Part shown: positions 1-11,120 of the stretch, in pieces
How the letters are laid out: the number at the start of each line of letters is the position of its first letter
Numbering within the stretch: the first letter of the stretch is position 1
Source of the DNA: Antechinus flavipes
Taxonomy: Eukaryota
Length of the DNA stretch: 64,000 nucleotides
NCBI RefSeq assembly: GCF_016432865.1
Contig: NC_067399.1
Coordinates: 251,534,001 to 251,598,000, forward strand
Reading direction: 5' to 3'
Translations under genes and position numbers: made by a program
The notes under the pieces: generated by a model
The model's input: only the letters and a program-made list of their open reading frames with translations
Database searches by the model: none
Told to the model about the DNA's origin: nothing

Positions 1-209
1 AATTCTGTGAAAGAGCTCATAGTCCTAACTTGTTTGATAGATGACAGGTCAACAATTGTCTCTCCTTTCAGTTTATTGAGTAGGCAGCTCTTCTTGTTCC
101 ATAGCCAATCCTCTTTGAGGTGTACCTCCCATATCCAGACATAGGATCCAAAGGACATACAATAAACGTGTCTATGCAAGACCTTGAGCAATAGAAAAGG
201 AAAATTACT

Positions 210-310
210 TCTCCTTCTTTCCTCCTCCCTCCTCTCTCTTTCCCTTTTCTTCCCTTAACCCTTCTCTCCTCCCCACTTTCCCTCTCCTTTCTCTTTTACT
301 CTCCCTTCCA
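210..310. repeat. CT-rich low-complexity tract
   Basis: Directly visible. Confidence 0.85.
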
Positions 311-359
311 CATTATTTTCGTCAGAGAATCTATTTTATGTCCCACTCTAAAACAGGGT

Positions 360-570
360 AGTAGATTGAGTACTGGAAATGAATAAAAAAAAATTATAAA
401 TTTACATCTTGCCTCTATAGTTATTTGCTTTGTGACCACAGGCCAGTCATTTAACCTTTCTGAATTTCAGTTTCCTCATCCAAAATATGGGAATATTACC
501 TGTATTAGAATAATTTCATAAGGTTATTATGAGAATTAAATTAGATAATGGGTGTAAAGCATCCTATGTA
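360..570 (+). mobile_element. MIR
   Basis: GTGACC..GTCATTTAACCTTTCTGAATTTCAGTTTCCTCATC CORE. Confidence 0.75.
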
Positions 571-619
571 CTCAGAAGCATTATATTAATGTTATTATTT
601 CCTACACAGTTTGTAAATA

Positions 620-790
620 ACATTAGCTTATATTTCTATACAACTTTATGGCTTTCTTCAAAACAACTCTGTAAGCTGAATATTACAAGTGTTTCCATTT
701 TATAGATGAGCCAGTTGAGGCACAGAGAAGCTACACATCTGAACTACTTTGGGAAAGGGTTAGAAATTGAATCTAAATCCTCTAAATTTC
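620..790 (-). mobile_element. MIR
   Basis: CCATTTTATAGATGAG..TTGAGGCACAGAG. Confidence 0.65.
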
Positions 791-1014
791 CACTACTTCC
801 ATAAAATACTTAATTGCCTTAATTCCTTCTAGGAGGTTTTGCATTTTCTTCAGAGACTTTTGAATACAAAATAGTAATCTATACTCAAAGAAATAAACTT
901 CTAATAGTGGAATTTCAGGAATAAAGATAAATAGTGGGAGACATATTTTTTTTGGTCTTGGGATGAGAGAAGAAAGGATATAATATTTCTTACCTACTCC
1001 TATAGTAAAAGTTG

Positions 1015-1225
1015 TCATTTATATAAGACTTTAGGGTTTATAAAATTCTTTTCACATTGTCTTATTTGATCTTTATGACTAGTAGATGATACTGGTATTA
1101 TTATCTCCATTTTGTAGGTAAGGAAACAAGGTCAAGATGCTAGTGGCTTATAACCACAGTGCAAATATCACAGTTAGGATTTGAAAATCCTGATTCTAAA
1201 TCCAGAGCTTTCTACTATACTATAC
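1015..1225 (-). mobile_element. MIR
   Basis: ATTATTATCTCCATTTTGTAGGTAAGGAAAC..GATTCTAAATCCAGAGC. Confidence 0.7.
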
Positions 1226-3419
1226 TATAGATTGTTTTACACCTTGCTTTACAAGGAATTCATCTCCTTGGAGATATTTTGCTATAGTCAGAAAAGGTTG
1301 TTCCCAAGTCCAAGTGAACTCTATTTTAAACAGGACTCCACTTTTCTGATGCCCACACAAAAGGCATTTAAGTGTTCTTAGGATTGTGTGGTTAAATAGT
1401 GTCATTTGCTACAGAGAACAGTTGCAGGAACAATTTGGTAGAAAACATAGCAACTCCTAAAAGGAACAGAAGCCTTAAGGTATAGGAGATCTTGGAGAGT
1501 TAAGAAGGATGATTCTCCAAGCCCTATTCAGAAGATATCCCTTTTACAAAGCTGTATCTGGGATCCTCAGGTTTAAGATCCTTTTCCTATGTGTTACACT
1601 CATACATATTATGCAGATCCGTTTAACTGCAGACAGAACTTTCTACCTTCAAAAGCCAATAAAATCCCATCAAATGACCCTTGATTGGTCAAGTCAAATA
1701 CATTGAGCTATGTATCATTTTCAAGATGTTTTTGCACTTAAAGCCAAGAAGTGCATAAGATACAAATGCAAACCTGGTATGCAAATGAAAACCTTTGGAT
1801 CATTTGTAAAGAATGTCCAGGTTTTGGCTTCAAGAAAGATTCTTGCACGGCATTTGATCAATCTCTTCTGAAACATTTAGAAGTGGTGCAGGTCCAGTTA
1901 ATGTTCAAGCTCACCCTTACAAAGAATACCTGAAGGCAATGAAGATATGCAATTATTTCTTCTAATTCTTTACTTTCAGTAATATACACCCACTGATCTG
2001 AGGATAAACAGATCAGGGTGGAAGGTGTACCTATTAGCTAAAGTTACCAATAGGGTCAAATCCTAACATCATCATTTGTTCTAGGATTTTATTTTCCTTT
2101 TTTAAAATGTTATTGTTATTGGGTTGTTTTTTTTTTTTACTTAAGAAGCTTGGGGAGAAAAACATGATCAAGCATGCTACTGATGTAAAATCCTATTAAA
2201 AGGAAGCACACTGAAAGGGGTGAATTCCTGGAAATGAAGAAGAAGGTAGCAGGTCCATTCAGGTCCTCTCTGATCACTGCTGCAACACCCAGCACTAGTC
2301 CACAGAGACAAATGAAAGAGCTGCCTCTGGCTGGCCTCCTGGCAGAACAGAGAGTCTCCTGAGCCCAGTTTTTCTCCCATTCTCTTTTGAGCTTGGTTCC
2401 CCATTAGGAACATCTGGTCCCTGGTTCTAACCCCCATGCTTCAGGGAGAACTGCCAGCAACATTTTCAGGCTCCAAACATTAATCTAAGGCTAATCCCAC
2501 CCAGCTCCTTTGCTACCTATTTCCCTCCCTCAGGAAAAGCATGATGCCAAGCAATTCAGTTGAGGAATTCCTGCCGAGGTAGCTCTCTGGCCTTCTTCCG
2601 TTTCCCTCAGGAAGCTGTAATTATTTTTCAGTTTATTATAAAGTGAAGCTGCAGGTTTCAACACCATCAGAGCTGCCCTCATCGTATTGAAGTGTGAAAT
2701 TGACAGCAAACCATGGACACTGGTGTTGAATAAATTTGTGGTAACACAAATCCTCTCCCTAAATCACTAAATCTGGCTAGCTTTGCACTGATACTGCAAC
2801 ATTTGATAATGTGAACATTTATTTTTGCCTTTTCCGCTGCTGAAAAGTATCTGTGGTTCTTAATGTTGTTTCATCTGCCATACTCTGAATATGACTGTAA
2901 TCCTATTGGATAATGAAATGAAGAGGACTTGTCACTAGAGAGAGTATATCCCTTCCCCATCACCCTTGTCTTTTTTAGCGTGTATATGTGACACATATAA
3001 TCCAATTGCACTGTGTAGTGATTCTGAATTATAGCTGTTTGAAGAGACAAGATATTACAAAGACTGCTAACATGGTGGGAAATTATATTAAAGTAAGACA
3101 AGACCAAGTTGATTATATGCTATTCTGTTGTTGATAGGTCTGGCACTTATGTATGAATATCAATTATTCCAAATGTAGTAACCAGTATGATAGCTTTCTG
3201 AACTTATTAATTTCATCATGAACTATACTTCTGTTTATACCTCAGTTCAATCACATAGCATTTTTTCTTAGATGATTGATGAAAAAGTGATGATGAAAGG
3301 GGGTGAGATAGTCTCAAAAGTCTTTGCCAGTTGGGCTTTTGTGGAAATTATTCTAATCCAACTCCCTCTAAGTCCTCCTTTACTTCTTTGTGGTATGGAG
3401 GTGACCCTGTGGTATCAAA

Positions 3420-3635
3420 GGAGAAGCCAGTGGTCTACAGTTCCTTCTACTAAGCTGCACTTATCACATTCTGCCTTGCATCTTGACTGGTTTCCTTAGA
3501 TTGGAAACTATAAGCTCCTTGAAGATAAGAGCTATGTTTTTTTTTTTTTAATATGTGTATTACTAGTACTTAGTACAGACTTTTAACATGTAGTAAGCAT
3601 TTAATAAGTGTTCATTGGATTGGATTGGAATGACT
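3420..3635 (+). mobile_element. L2 3' end
   Basis: TAAGCTCCTTGA...CTTAGTACAG..TAGTAAGCATTTAATAAGTGTTCATTGGATT. Confidence 0.7.
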
Positions 3636-3859
3636 ATGACTTTTCTGGAAGCCCATAGCTAGGTAGTAGCATTCTTAATAGACCTAGAGAAGTGACCATT
3701 CAAAAGTAGGTATGAGATTGTTACAAGTTATTCTCTTATTCTTACCACATACTTTAGTGCCTATTACCAAGTAGGTACTTAATACATACTGCTCAACTGA
3801 TGTATTAATTGAAATGATAGCTGTCTATAAATGCTAATGGTGTATTCAATGTAACCAAA

Positions 3860-4128
3860 TGTAATGATAGTGCATGTTTCTATAGCACTTACTGTGAGTT
3901 GGATACTGTATTAAGAACTTTCTCAATTATCTCATTTGATACTTAGATCAACCTTAAGGAATAGGTGTTATTATCATCCCCATTTTATAAGTGAAGAAAT
4001 TAAGGTAAGAAAAGGTTAAGTGATTTGCCCAAAATCACAGAGATAAGAAGTTTCTGAGGTTGGATTTGAACCTTGACTTTCCTGACTCCAGGTGTAGCAC
4101 TCTATCCACTGTATCACCGAGCTGCCTC
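3860..4128 (-). mobile_element. MIR/MAR1-type CORE-SINE
   Basis: Reverse CORE (CATTTTATAAGTGAAGAAA..TGATTTGCCCAA) and tRNA-like head ending GCTGCCTC. Confidence 0.75.
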
Positions 4129-4651
4129 AGTTGAAGAGGAGTAAGGCCAATGAATGAAAGTTCTAAGATGTAGCAAACTTCAGGCTTGGTAAACCTTTCT
4201 AATAATGAAAATTATTCACAAGTAAAATAGAATGTTATGAATGTTAGATGAAGTTTAGTGGGTAAAATAGCTAGACTGGGAGTCAGAAAGACTTGAGTGC
4301 AAATCCTGCCTCAGACACTAGTGTGACACTGTGCAAATCACTTAACTTCTCTCAATCTCAATTCCCTCATCTATAATTTAAAAAGGATGCTAAGAACACT
4401 CACTGCATTGGATAGTTTGAGGATCACAAGATTATCTAAGCTTAAGAACTAGAAGAGATCTTAGAGATCATCAAACTGTTATTTTTAAATCAGGACAGAT
4501 ACATGAGTCGTTGAGACCCCACAAGGAACCTGGAGATGGACCAGAATTCTGACTCCAACTCCAAGGTTCTTTCTATAACACTGTGAATGACACTTGTGAA
4601 AGCTCACTAATAAACTTCTCTGCACAGCAATGGAAGATTTTGTTATGATAA

Positions 4652-4885
4652 GAGTAGCTGGGTGGGCACCATAGTACATAGAGAAAGACTCCTCCTTCTC
4701 AGTTCAAATGTGACTTCAGACATTTACTAACTGTGTGACTCTGGGAAAGCCACTTAACCCTTTTTGCCTCAGTTTCCTCATTTATAAAAGGAGTTGGAAA
4801 TGGCAAACCACCCCAATATCTTTGCCAAGAAAACCCCAGATAGGGTCATGAAGAGTTGCACACAAGTGAAAAATGACTGAACGGA
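4652..4885 (+). mobile_element. MAR1-type CORE-SINE (tRNA head, CORE, RTE tail)
   Basis: CORE motif followed by GGAAATGGCAAACCACCCCAATATCTTTGCCAAGAAAACCCC RTE-type tail. Confidence 0.8.
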
Positions 4886-5056
4886 ATTGTCATGATAAAC
4901 AGAGTCTTCTTTCGACTTTGTTGACAGTATGCTTCAATTAATCATAATAATTCCTTATCCTTATATAGCTCTCTTTAGTTCACATGGTGCTTTCATATGT
5001 TCTCTCTCATTTGACCTTTCATAACAACCTTCTGAACATGAATTATTGTCTCTATT

Positions 5057-5240
5057 TTGTTGTTGTTTGTCCTTCATTCTTGAAGAGTACCAAGACATCA
5101 GGGAAATGATGCCATGACATGCAAGTGAATTAGATTTAAGTGAGGGAGGACTATACAAGGTCATCTGCCTCACTTTCCTCTCCAGAGCCATTTGGGTTTA
5201 GAATGGCAACATACAGATAGAGATGAGTGGAGAAAACTGA
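5057..5240 (+). mobile_element. Marsupial RTE-associated SINE-like repeat (WALLSI-type; name from recall)
   Basis: Shares GTGAATTAGATTTAAGTGAGG with copies at about 17.2 kb and 63.7 kb. Confidence 0.6.
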
Positions 5241-5389
5241 GGTGTTTTTACCATGACAAGCCTTGGTCTCCTAATTACAAATCCTATGCACTTTCCTCAA
5301 GGCCAAAATGAAAAGATGCCTCAGGATAAATAAAAGTTACCTGGATATCTCCTGGGGGAAAATTTCCTATTTAATGACAGTGATGAACA

Positions 5390-5649
5390 AGGTGGTATAT
5401 TAGAAAGAGGGCTAGCTTTGGAGTTGGAAAACCTAGGGTTCAAATTTCATCTCTGCTATGAATTACTTCCATAACCTGGGACAGGAATAACTGAGGAGCA
5501 GTGGTGAGAGCACTCGACTTGGAATCAGGAAGATAGAGTTCAAATTCCACCTCAGAAACTTAATAGCTGGTTGTGTGGCTCTGGACAAGTCATTTAACTT
5601 GTCAGACTCAGTTTCTTCAATTTTAAAATGGGCAAAAAATAGCACATAT
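5390..5649 (+). mobile_element. Two adjacent MIR fragments
   Basis: GGAGTTGGAAAACCTAGGGTTCAAAT; GGACAAGTCATTTAACTTGTCAGACTCAGTTTC. Confidence 0.7.
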
Positions 5650-6159
5650 TGTAATGTCAGAGAAAATGAGGCAAGATAGAGATTAGAAAATTTTTAATAT
5701 TTTATTTGGATTTCTGAGAGAGATTTTCTGGGGCCAAAGGATCCATTTTGGTCCCAGGGCTGATGTTTTAAAGCATTCAGCATCAGCATCAGCATTGAAT
5801 CTGAGATTCCAATGATTTCTATATGTGGTTCCAAGATCAGGGAGAGTGGAGTCTGAAGACTGGTAAAACTCGGAAATTTCCAGAAATACACCATCAATCC
5901 GGTTCTGACAGGGTGGAAGGTGAGGACCATAAATTCTTGATAACTTAGGAGGACTTAGGAGCCAGTTTGTCTGAACTCCCTCTTTGGGATTATATATTTA
6001 CAGTTTATGACTCTTTTGGAATCTCAGAGTGGCCAGATCTCCATAGCCCTAATTTTCTCAGTTCTAATGAAAAGGAAAGGAACACTGTAACCAGGAGGAT
6101 TAAGGCAGAACAATTAAGGGAATTGAGGCAAAACAATTTAGGGAAACTGAGGCAAGACA
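5650..6159 (-). mobile_element. Probable ERV solo LTR, about 510 bp
   Basis: TG...CA termini, AATAAA about 50 nt from the minus-strand 3' end, TATA-like box near 5990, three approximately 20-bp repeats at the U3 end; no clean TSD. Confidence 0.6.
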
Positions 6160-6189
6160 TTCTATGATGATCAACCATGATAAACATAA

Positions 6190-6510
6190 CTCTTCTCAGG
6201 AACATAATGATCCAAAACAATTCCAAAAGACTTGGGATAGAAAAATGTCATCTGAATCCAGAGAAAGAACTATGAAGTCTGAATGCAAGATTAAAACATA
6301 ATATTTTCATTTTTTATTTGTTTTTTTCCTTCTTGTAGCTTTTTCTTTTCTTCTGATTCATCTTTCACAACATGACTAATATGGAAATATGTTTAACATA
6401 ATTTTATATGTATAGCCTATATTGGATCGCTTGCTATCTTAAAGAGGTGGGGAAAGAAGGAAAAAAATTTCGAACTCAAAGTCTTACAAAAATGAACATT
6501 AGAAACTAAA
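6190..6510 (+). mobile_element. Old L1 3'UTR fragment
   Basis: CCAGAGAAAGAACTATGAAGTCTGAATGCA...CATGACTAATATGGAAATATG. Confidence 0.8.
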
Positions 6511-6519
6511 ATAGAAGGT

Positions 6520-6790
6520 ATAGATCATTCCTATAAAAAGTCCTTCTTATAGAAGTCTTAAAGGGAAGCCACAGGGCAGGAAATGAAAAAAAGAGAGCAT
6601 TTCAGATGTCACAGGTCAACTAGCGGAAAGGCATGATATTGGGAGAGAGATGGCCAATGTAGCTGGATCTTACTGTGGGGACAACAATAAAAAGTAAGAA
6701 TATTAGGGTGTTAGGAAGGGGTTAGGATGTATTGGGGTTTAAACACCAAAAAAGAACATTCTATAGTTGATCCAGGAAGTAATGAAAGAC
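6520..6790 (-). mobile_element. L2 fragment
   Basis: Purine-rich L2 antisense signature (GAGAGCATTTCAG..GCCAATGTAGCTGGA). Confidence 0.6.
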
Positions 6791-6859
6791 ACAAAAGCAT
6801 CAGGCTGATCTTGCCTTATTTTAATTGTAGCCCAGGAAATCATGACTATCTCTTACAAA

Positions 6860-6935
6860 AATAAATGAATGAATGAGTAAATAAATAAATAAACAAATGA
6901 ATGAATGAATAGATTAACAGATAAATAAATAAGTG
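6860..6935. repeat. (TGAA)n/(TAAA)n microsatellite
   Basis: Directly visible. Confidence 0.85.
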
Positions 6936-6996
6936 GAAGATATCTCCAAGTTGTATGACAGTTGTTAGTTGCACAATACAAATGCTCTTCCTAAAG

Positions 6997-7190
6997 CAGA
7001 GTTTCTTTACTTTTGTGGGGCATGGGACCCCATTGTAGTTGGCTAAAGTCTATGAACCTTTTCTTAGAATCAGCTTTTTAAGTGCATAAAATAAGATATA
7101 CTGGACTACAAAAAAAAAAAAACAATTACATTGAAATGCAGTTATCAGAATATTTTTAAAACATTCACAGACCCAAGATTAAGAACTCTG
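6997..7190 (+). mobile_element. Charlie4z-like hAT MITE
   Basis: TIRs CAGAGTTTCTT / AAGAACTCTG; degenerate 8-bp TSD TCCTAAAG / CCTTAAAA; internal GCATAAAATAAGATA...GTTATCA. Confidence 0.75.
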
Positions 7191-7720
7191 CCTTAAAATG
7201 TATAACAGCATATTTGGGGAACCATTCCCATCATCAGGAAGAAGACCAGATTACTTTATCTTTGAGGAGCTCGTTCATAAGGTACATTACTGTTGACAAC
7301 GTCTGGCCTTTTGAAAAACACTTCTTATGTTGTATCCCAATCCAAAAATGCACCTTTAGGTGTATGTAGTATCTAATCCTTGCTGCTTATCCTGACAATT
7401 GGACCACAGACTGTTGCCCTGGCATAAGACCAAGAGGAAGACTCAGAAATCTCTTTAAAATAATACCTTAGAACAGCACCAGGGGCTATAGCCAGAAACC
7501 CCACATGGACCAGTGGGCAATGATGACAGGTTCATTGGCAGGGAGCCTGAAACAAGTAGTAGGTTTTCTAAGGCTAAGGGTCTATTATCACTAGATAGAA
7601 AGCAGTTGGATACAAAAGCAAAAATGAGGTTTATGTAAGATCTGTAAATAAAAGTCTGAAGGTCAGGAACACTGCAAGCCAAAGGAAGTATGGCCACAAA
7701 TCAAGGCCAATGGTTTAGCT

Positions 7721-7905
7721 CAGGGTTCTTAGCCTGGGGTCCAGAAACCCCCTTACATCCATAGATCAATCCTGTGGACATGAATAGGAAAAATTATATA
7801 TCTTATTTTAACTAACCTCTAAGAGAAATTTAGCATTGTCTTCAATTATGAATTAAAAAACACAATTCTGGAAAGGGGTCCATAGGTTTAACTAGGACTA
7901 CCAAA
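7721..7905 (-). mobile_element. Charlie4-type hAT fragment
   Basis: CAGGGTTCTTAGCCTGGGGTCC terminus and GAAATTTAGCATT internal motif. Confidence 0.65.
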
Positions 7906-7909
7906 TACA

Positions 7910-8335
7910 AAGAGACAGACACTGAGAGACAAAGCAAGACAGAGATAGACAGGGATGTGGACAGAAAGAGACAGAGACAAAGATAGGGAGACAGAAACAT
8001 TCAGAGAGAGACACAGACACAGACACAGAGACAAAGAAAGAAAGACCTGTATTCAAATTCCACCTGTGTAATTTATTACCTACTTACCCAATCACCCTCT
8101 AAGTGAGTCACTTAATGTCAAATGGCCTGTTATTCATCTCTAAAATAAAAGGGTTAACCTCAAGTGGTCCTTAAGCCTCTGAACCTAGAATCAATCTCAA
8201 GGCTCCCTGAGGATAGACTCAGGGTATACTAATGTGTCTATCAGCTAAAGAGCAGACAGACACAGAGACAAAAAAACAGAGAGACAGAAAGACACAGAGA
8301 CAAAGACAAAAGGACAGAGACAGAAAGGGAGAGAG
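7910..8335. repeat. (GAGACA)n-like simple repeat split by duplication copy 1
   Basis: GACAGA/GAGACA-rich tracts at 7910-8043 and 8256-8335. Confidence 0.85.
8044..8255 (+). repeat. Local duplication, copy 1 (MIR part plus unique sequence)
   Basis: Roughly 85% identical by eye to 9186-9395. Confidence 0.9.
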
Positions 8336-9185
8336 ATTAAGAACTCCTCTCTAGTCTAATATGTTCTAATATTCTGCTTGGTTTCAATTGTGTATAGTGC
8401 CCTCTCAATATGAGCTTGGCTTATTCAGTAAACAGATTCACAGGACCCAAGATAATGTATCTTTTAAAAAGTGACTGAAAAGTTCTCTTGTCTGAGCTTA
8501 GTATATGGATAGAGTGGTAGAGTGAGCTTTAGAGGACTTTGTTTTGAATCTAAGTTATCTGTGTGACCTTGGAAAAGTCACTCTTTCTGAGCCTCAGTTT
8601 CTTCACTTGTAAAATGTGAGGGAGTGGATTGGATACTTCTGGATCCCTTTTAGCTCTAAATCCAGAAGCTCTTTTTTACTCTCAGAAGCTGTTGTGTTTG
8701 TAATTCAGACTACCACTCTTTTTACAAAGCAGAAATCAGGACTACTGACTGTGAAATGGGATTTTTTAAAATGAAATTAAAATGTACAATTCAAATATTC
8801 AGAGAATACTAGGCAACATTTTAGATCTCACCAAATGAGCTAGAAACTGAAATGTCTATGTGTTGTATCCTCCGTGTGAATGAGGGATTTTTTTTCCCTT
8901 TTTTAATTAAGCCATCTCACATGTTTAACGTCAAGAAGCAGCCGCTTTGCCTAAATAAATAAGTGATATCCTTATGCTGTTTTTTCATCTCTGGTCAAAG
9001 GATGGCAGCAAAAAGGCTTGATGAGGAAAACATAAGATTTTTGCAGCCATCTCCTCAATACTACAGCACAAAAAGCCTCTTCTGATTCTTCATCGTGAAA
9101 TTATTGTGATCCTTGGGCCTCAAAGACAATGGCAGTAGGCAGAACAGCTTGCTGGGAAGAATAAAGGACTAAATTAAAGTCAGAT

Positions 9186-9395
9186 GACCTGTATTCAAGT
9201 TCCACCTGTGTTATTTACTACCCACTCACCCAGTCACTAAGTGAGTCACTTAACATCAAATGGCCTCAGTTATTCATCTCTAAAATAAAAGGATTGAACT
9301 CAGTGGTCCTTAAGCCTCTGAGCCTAGAATGAATCCTAAGGCTACCCTGAGTATAGACCCAGGGTGTACTCATGTGCCTATCAACTAAAGAGCAG
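9186..9395 (+). repeat. Local duplication, copy 2
   Basis: Roughly 85% identical by eye to 8044-8255. Confidence 0.9.
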
Positions 9396-9922
9396 CAGCC
9401 TAGCTAAGTAGGGACTGGTTGGTCATTAGAAAGGTCACTACTTGATGGATTTGGGGAAACAAACAAAGGCAGGAAGAGGTTGGAATTCATGTTAATGCAT
9501 CAGTGAATCCATAGCTCTTTCAAAGTAAATTCATAAGATCAAGATAGCATAGGGTACAGAGATGGAGGCACCTTAAAGCTAAAATAATCCATTCCCCTTC
9601 TTATAAAGTTGAGTAAACTGAGAGGCAGAGAGGTTAAGCAAAATTCCTGAAGTCCCACAGCTAATAGACAACTAAGTTGGAACTCAAACCTCCAGGTATC
9701 TATCTGTAAATCCAGTGTCCTTTCTACTAAATCATACAAATTGTGAGTAATGTACAATATATATGGAACTTCATCATAGAAACACATTGCATTTGTAGAT
9801 ATGCTAATTTTATGTTTCACCATTTAATTCTTAGGAACTTATAAATGCTTGTCAAATTATGTTAGAACTGGACCTGAAGAAGAGAAGTATTGTTGGATAT
9901 CCAGAAAGATATAATTAGATAT

Positions 9923-10177
9923 GGGGCAACTAGATGTTACCATAAATAGAACACTAGGCCTAAAGTCAAGAAGATCCATCTTCTTGAGTTTGAAACTAGC
10001 CTCAAATACTTGTTAGCTGTGTGACTCTGGGCAAGTCTTTTAACTCTGCCTCATATCTTCACCTGCAAAATGAGCTGGAGAAGGAAATAGCAAACTATCT
10101 GGTATCATTTGCCAAGAAAACTCCAATAGGGATAATGACAGTCAAACATGATTGAAATGAATGAACAACAACAAAAA
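9923..10177 (+). mobile_element. MAR1-type CORE-SINE
   Basis: GGGGCAACTAG head, CORE, RTE tail ending GAACAACAACAAAA. Confidence 0.8.
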
Positions 10178-10589
10178 AACTAGATATAGGGGAAAAGGGA
10201 GGAGGAAATGGATGCCATCAAAAACTAAACAAAACACAAGATCCCAGGATTCAGAATTAATATGTACCTGATAGGTTATATAGTCTATCTTTCAAGTTTT
10301 ATAAGTGAGGAACTTGAGGCCCAGAGAGACCAGGTGGTTTACCTAATGTTACATAAACAGTAGGCATCAACACTGGGATTGGGACCTAACTCATCTGCCT
10401 CTTGGGGGGGGGGGTTGCAAATTTTTGGAATCAAATTGCCTCGCAGGGAAATTAAGACATCTGTATGGACAGCCAGCCCTGTTCTTCAAAATAGCTCACT
10501 GGAGTTCAAAATGCCACACTTTTATTTAGTTGTTGTTGTGGGGGGGTGGGGGGGAGAGGATTGTATGTAATGGGGCTGGGGCAGGGGCA

Positions 10590-10780
10590 GGGGAGAGCTA
10601 TATTTTCTTTTCAATATGACTTATAGAAATGTTCTGTATACTTGTGCCTTCTCAATGTGGGGAATGGGAAGGAAGGAAGGAAAAGAATCTAGAATTCAAA
10701 GTATTAAAAATAAATGTTAAAAAGTGTTTTTCATGTAATTGTGAAAAATAAAACATTAAATTAATTTTTTATAAAGAATA
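10590..10780 (+). mobile_element. Old L1 3' end
   Basis: GGAAGGAAAAGAATCTAGAATTCAAA..TTTTTCATGTAATTGTGAAAAATAAAA. Confidence 0.7.
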
Positions 10781-11009
10781 ATTTAAAATTAACTCTCACA
10801 GAAATAGGATTTAACACAACCTCCCAAGGAGTTCAGACCAAAAGTAAATCTGTTGATCATACAACTGCAGTTTACACTAATCTGGAAGCTGATAGGGAAG
10901 AAAAAGATTACCATCACTGAAATCCTCTAATTTGAATAAAAGTAAGTGATTCATCCCAACAAAATTGGAACCAACTATTCTGAGCAACTGCATCAAATTA
11001 CTATACCAT

Positions 11010-11120
11010 ATTTTCTTTATTTCTTTAGCTTTTTCTTTCTTTCTCTTCTTTCCTTCCTTCCTTTTTTTTCTTTCTTTCTTCTTTCCATCCTTGTTTCTTC
11101 CTTTCTTTCCTTCTTTCTTC
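11010..11120. repeat. (CTTT/CCTT)n low-complexity tract
   Basis: Directly visible. Confidence 0.9.

Noticed and set aside
2583-2622. Possible 6-nt microexon GAAGCT after a good acceptor
   Set aside because: Donor GCT|GTAATT lacks both -1 G and +5 G; too weak to support.
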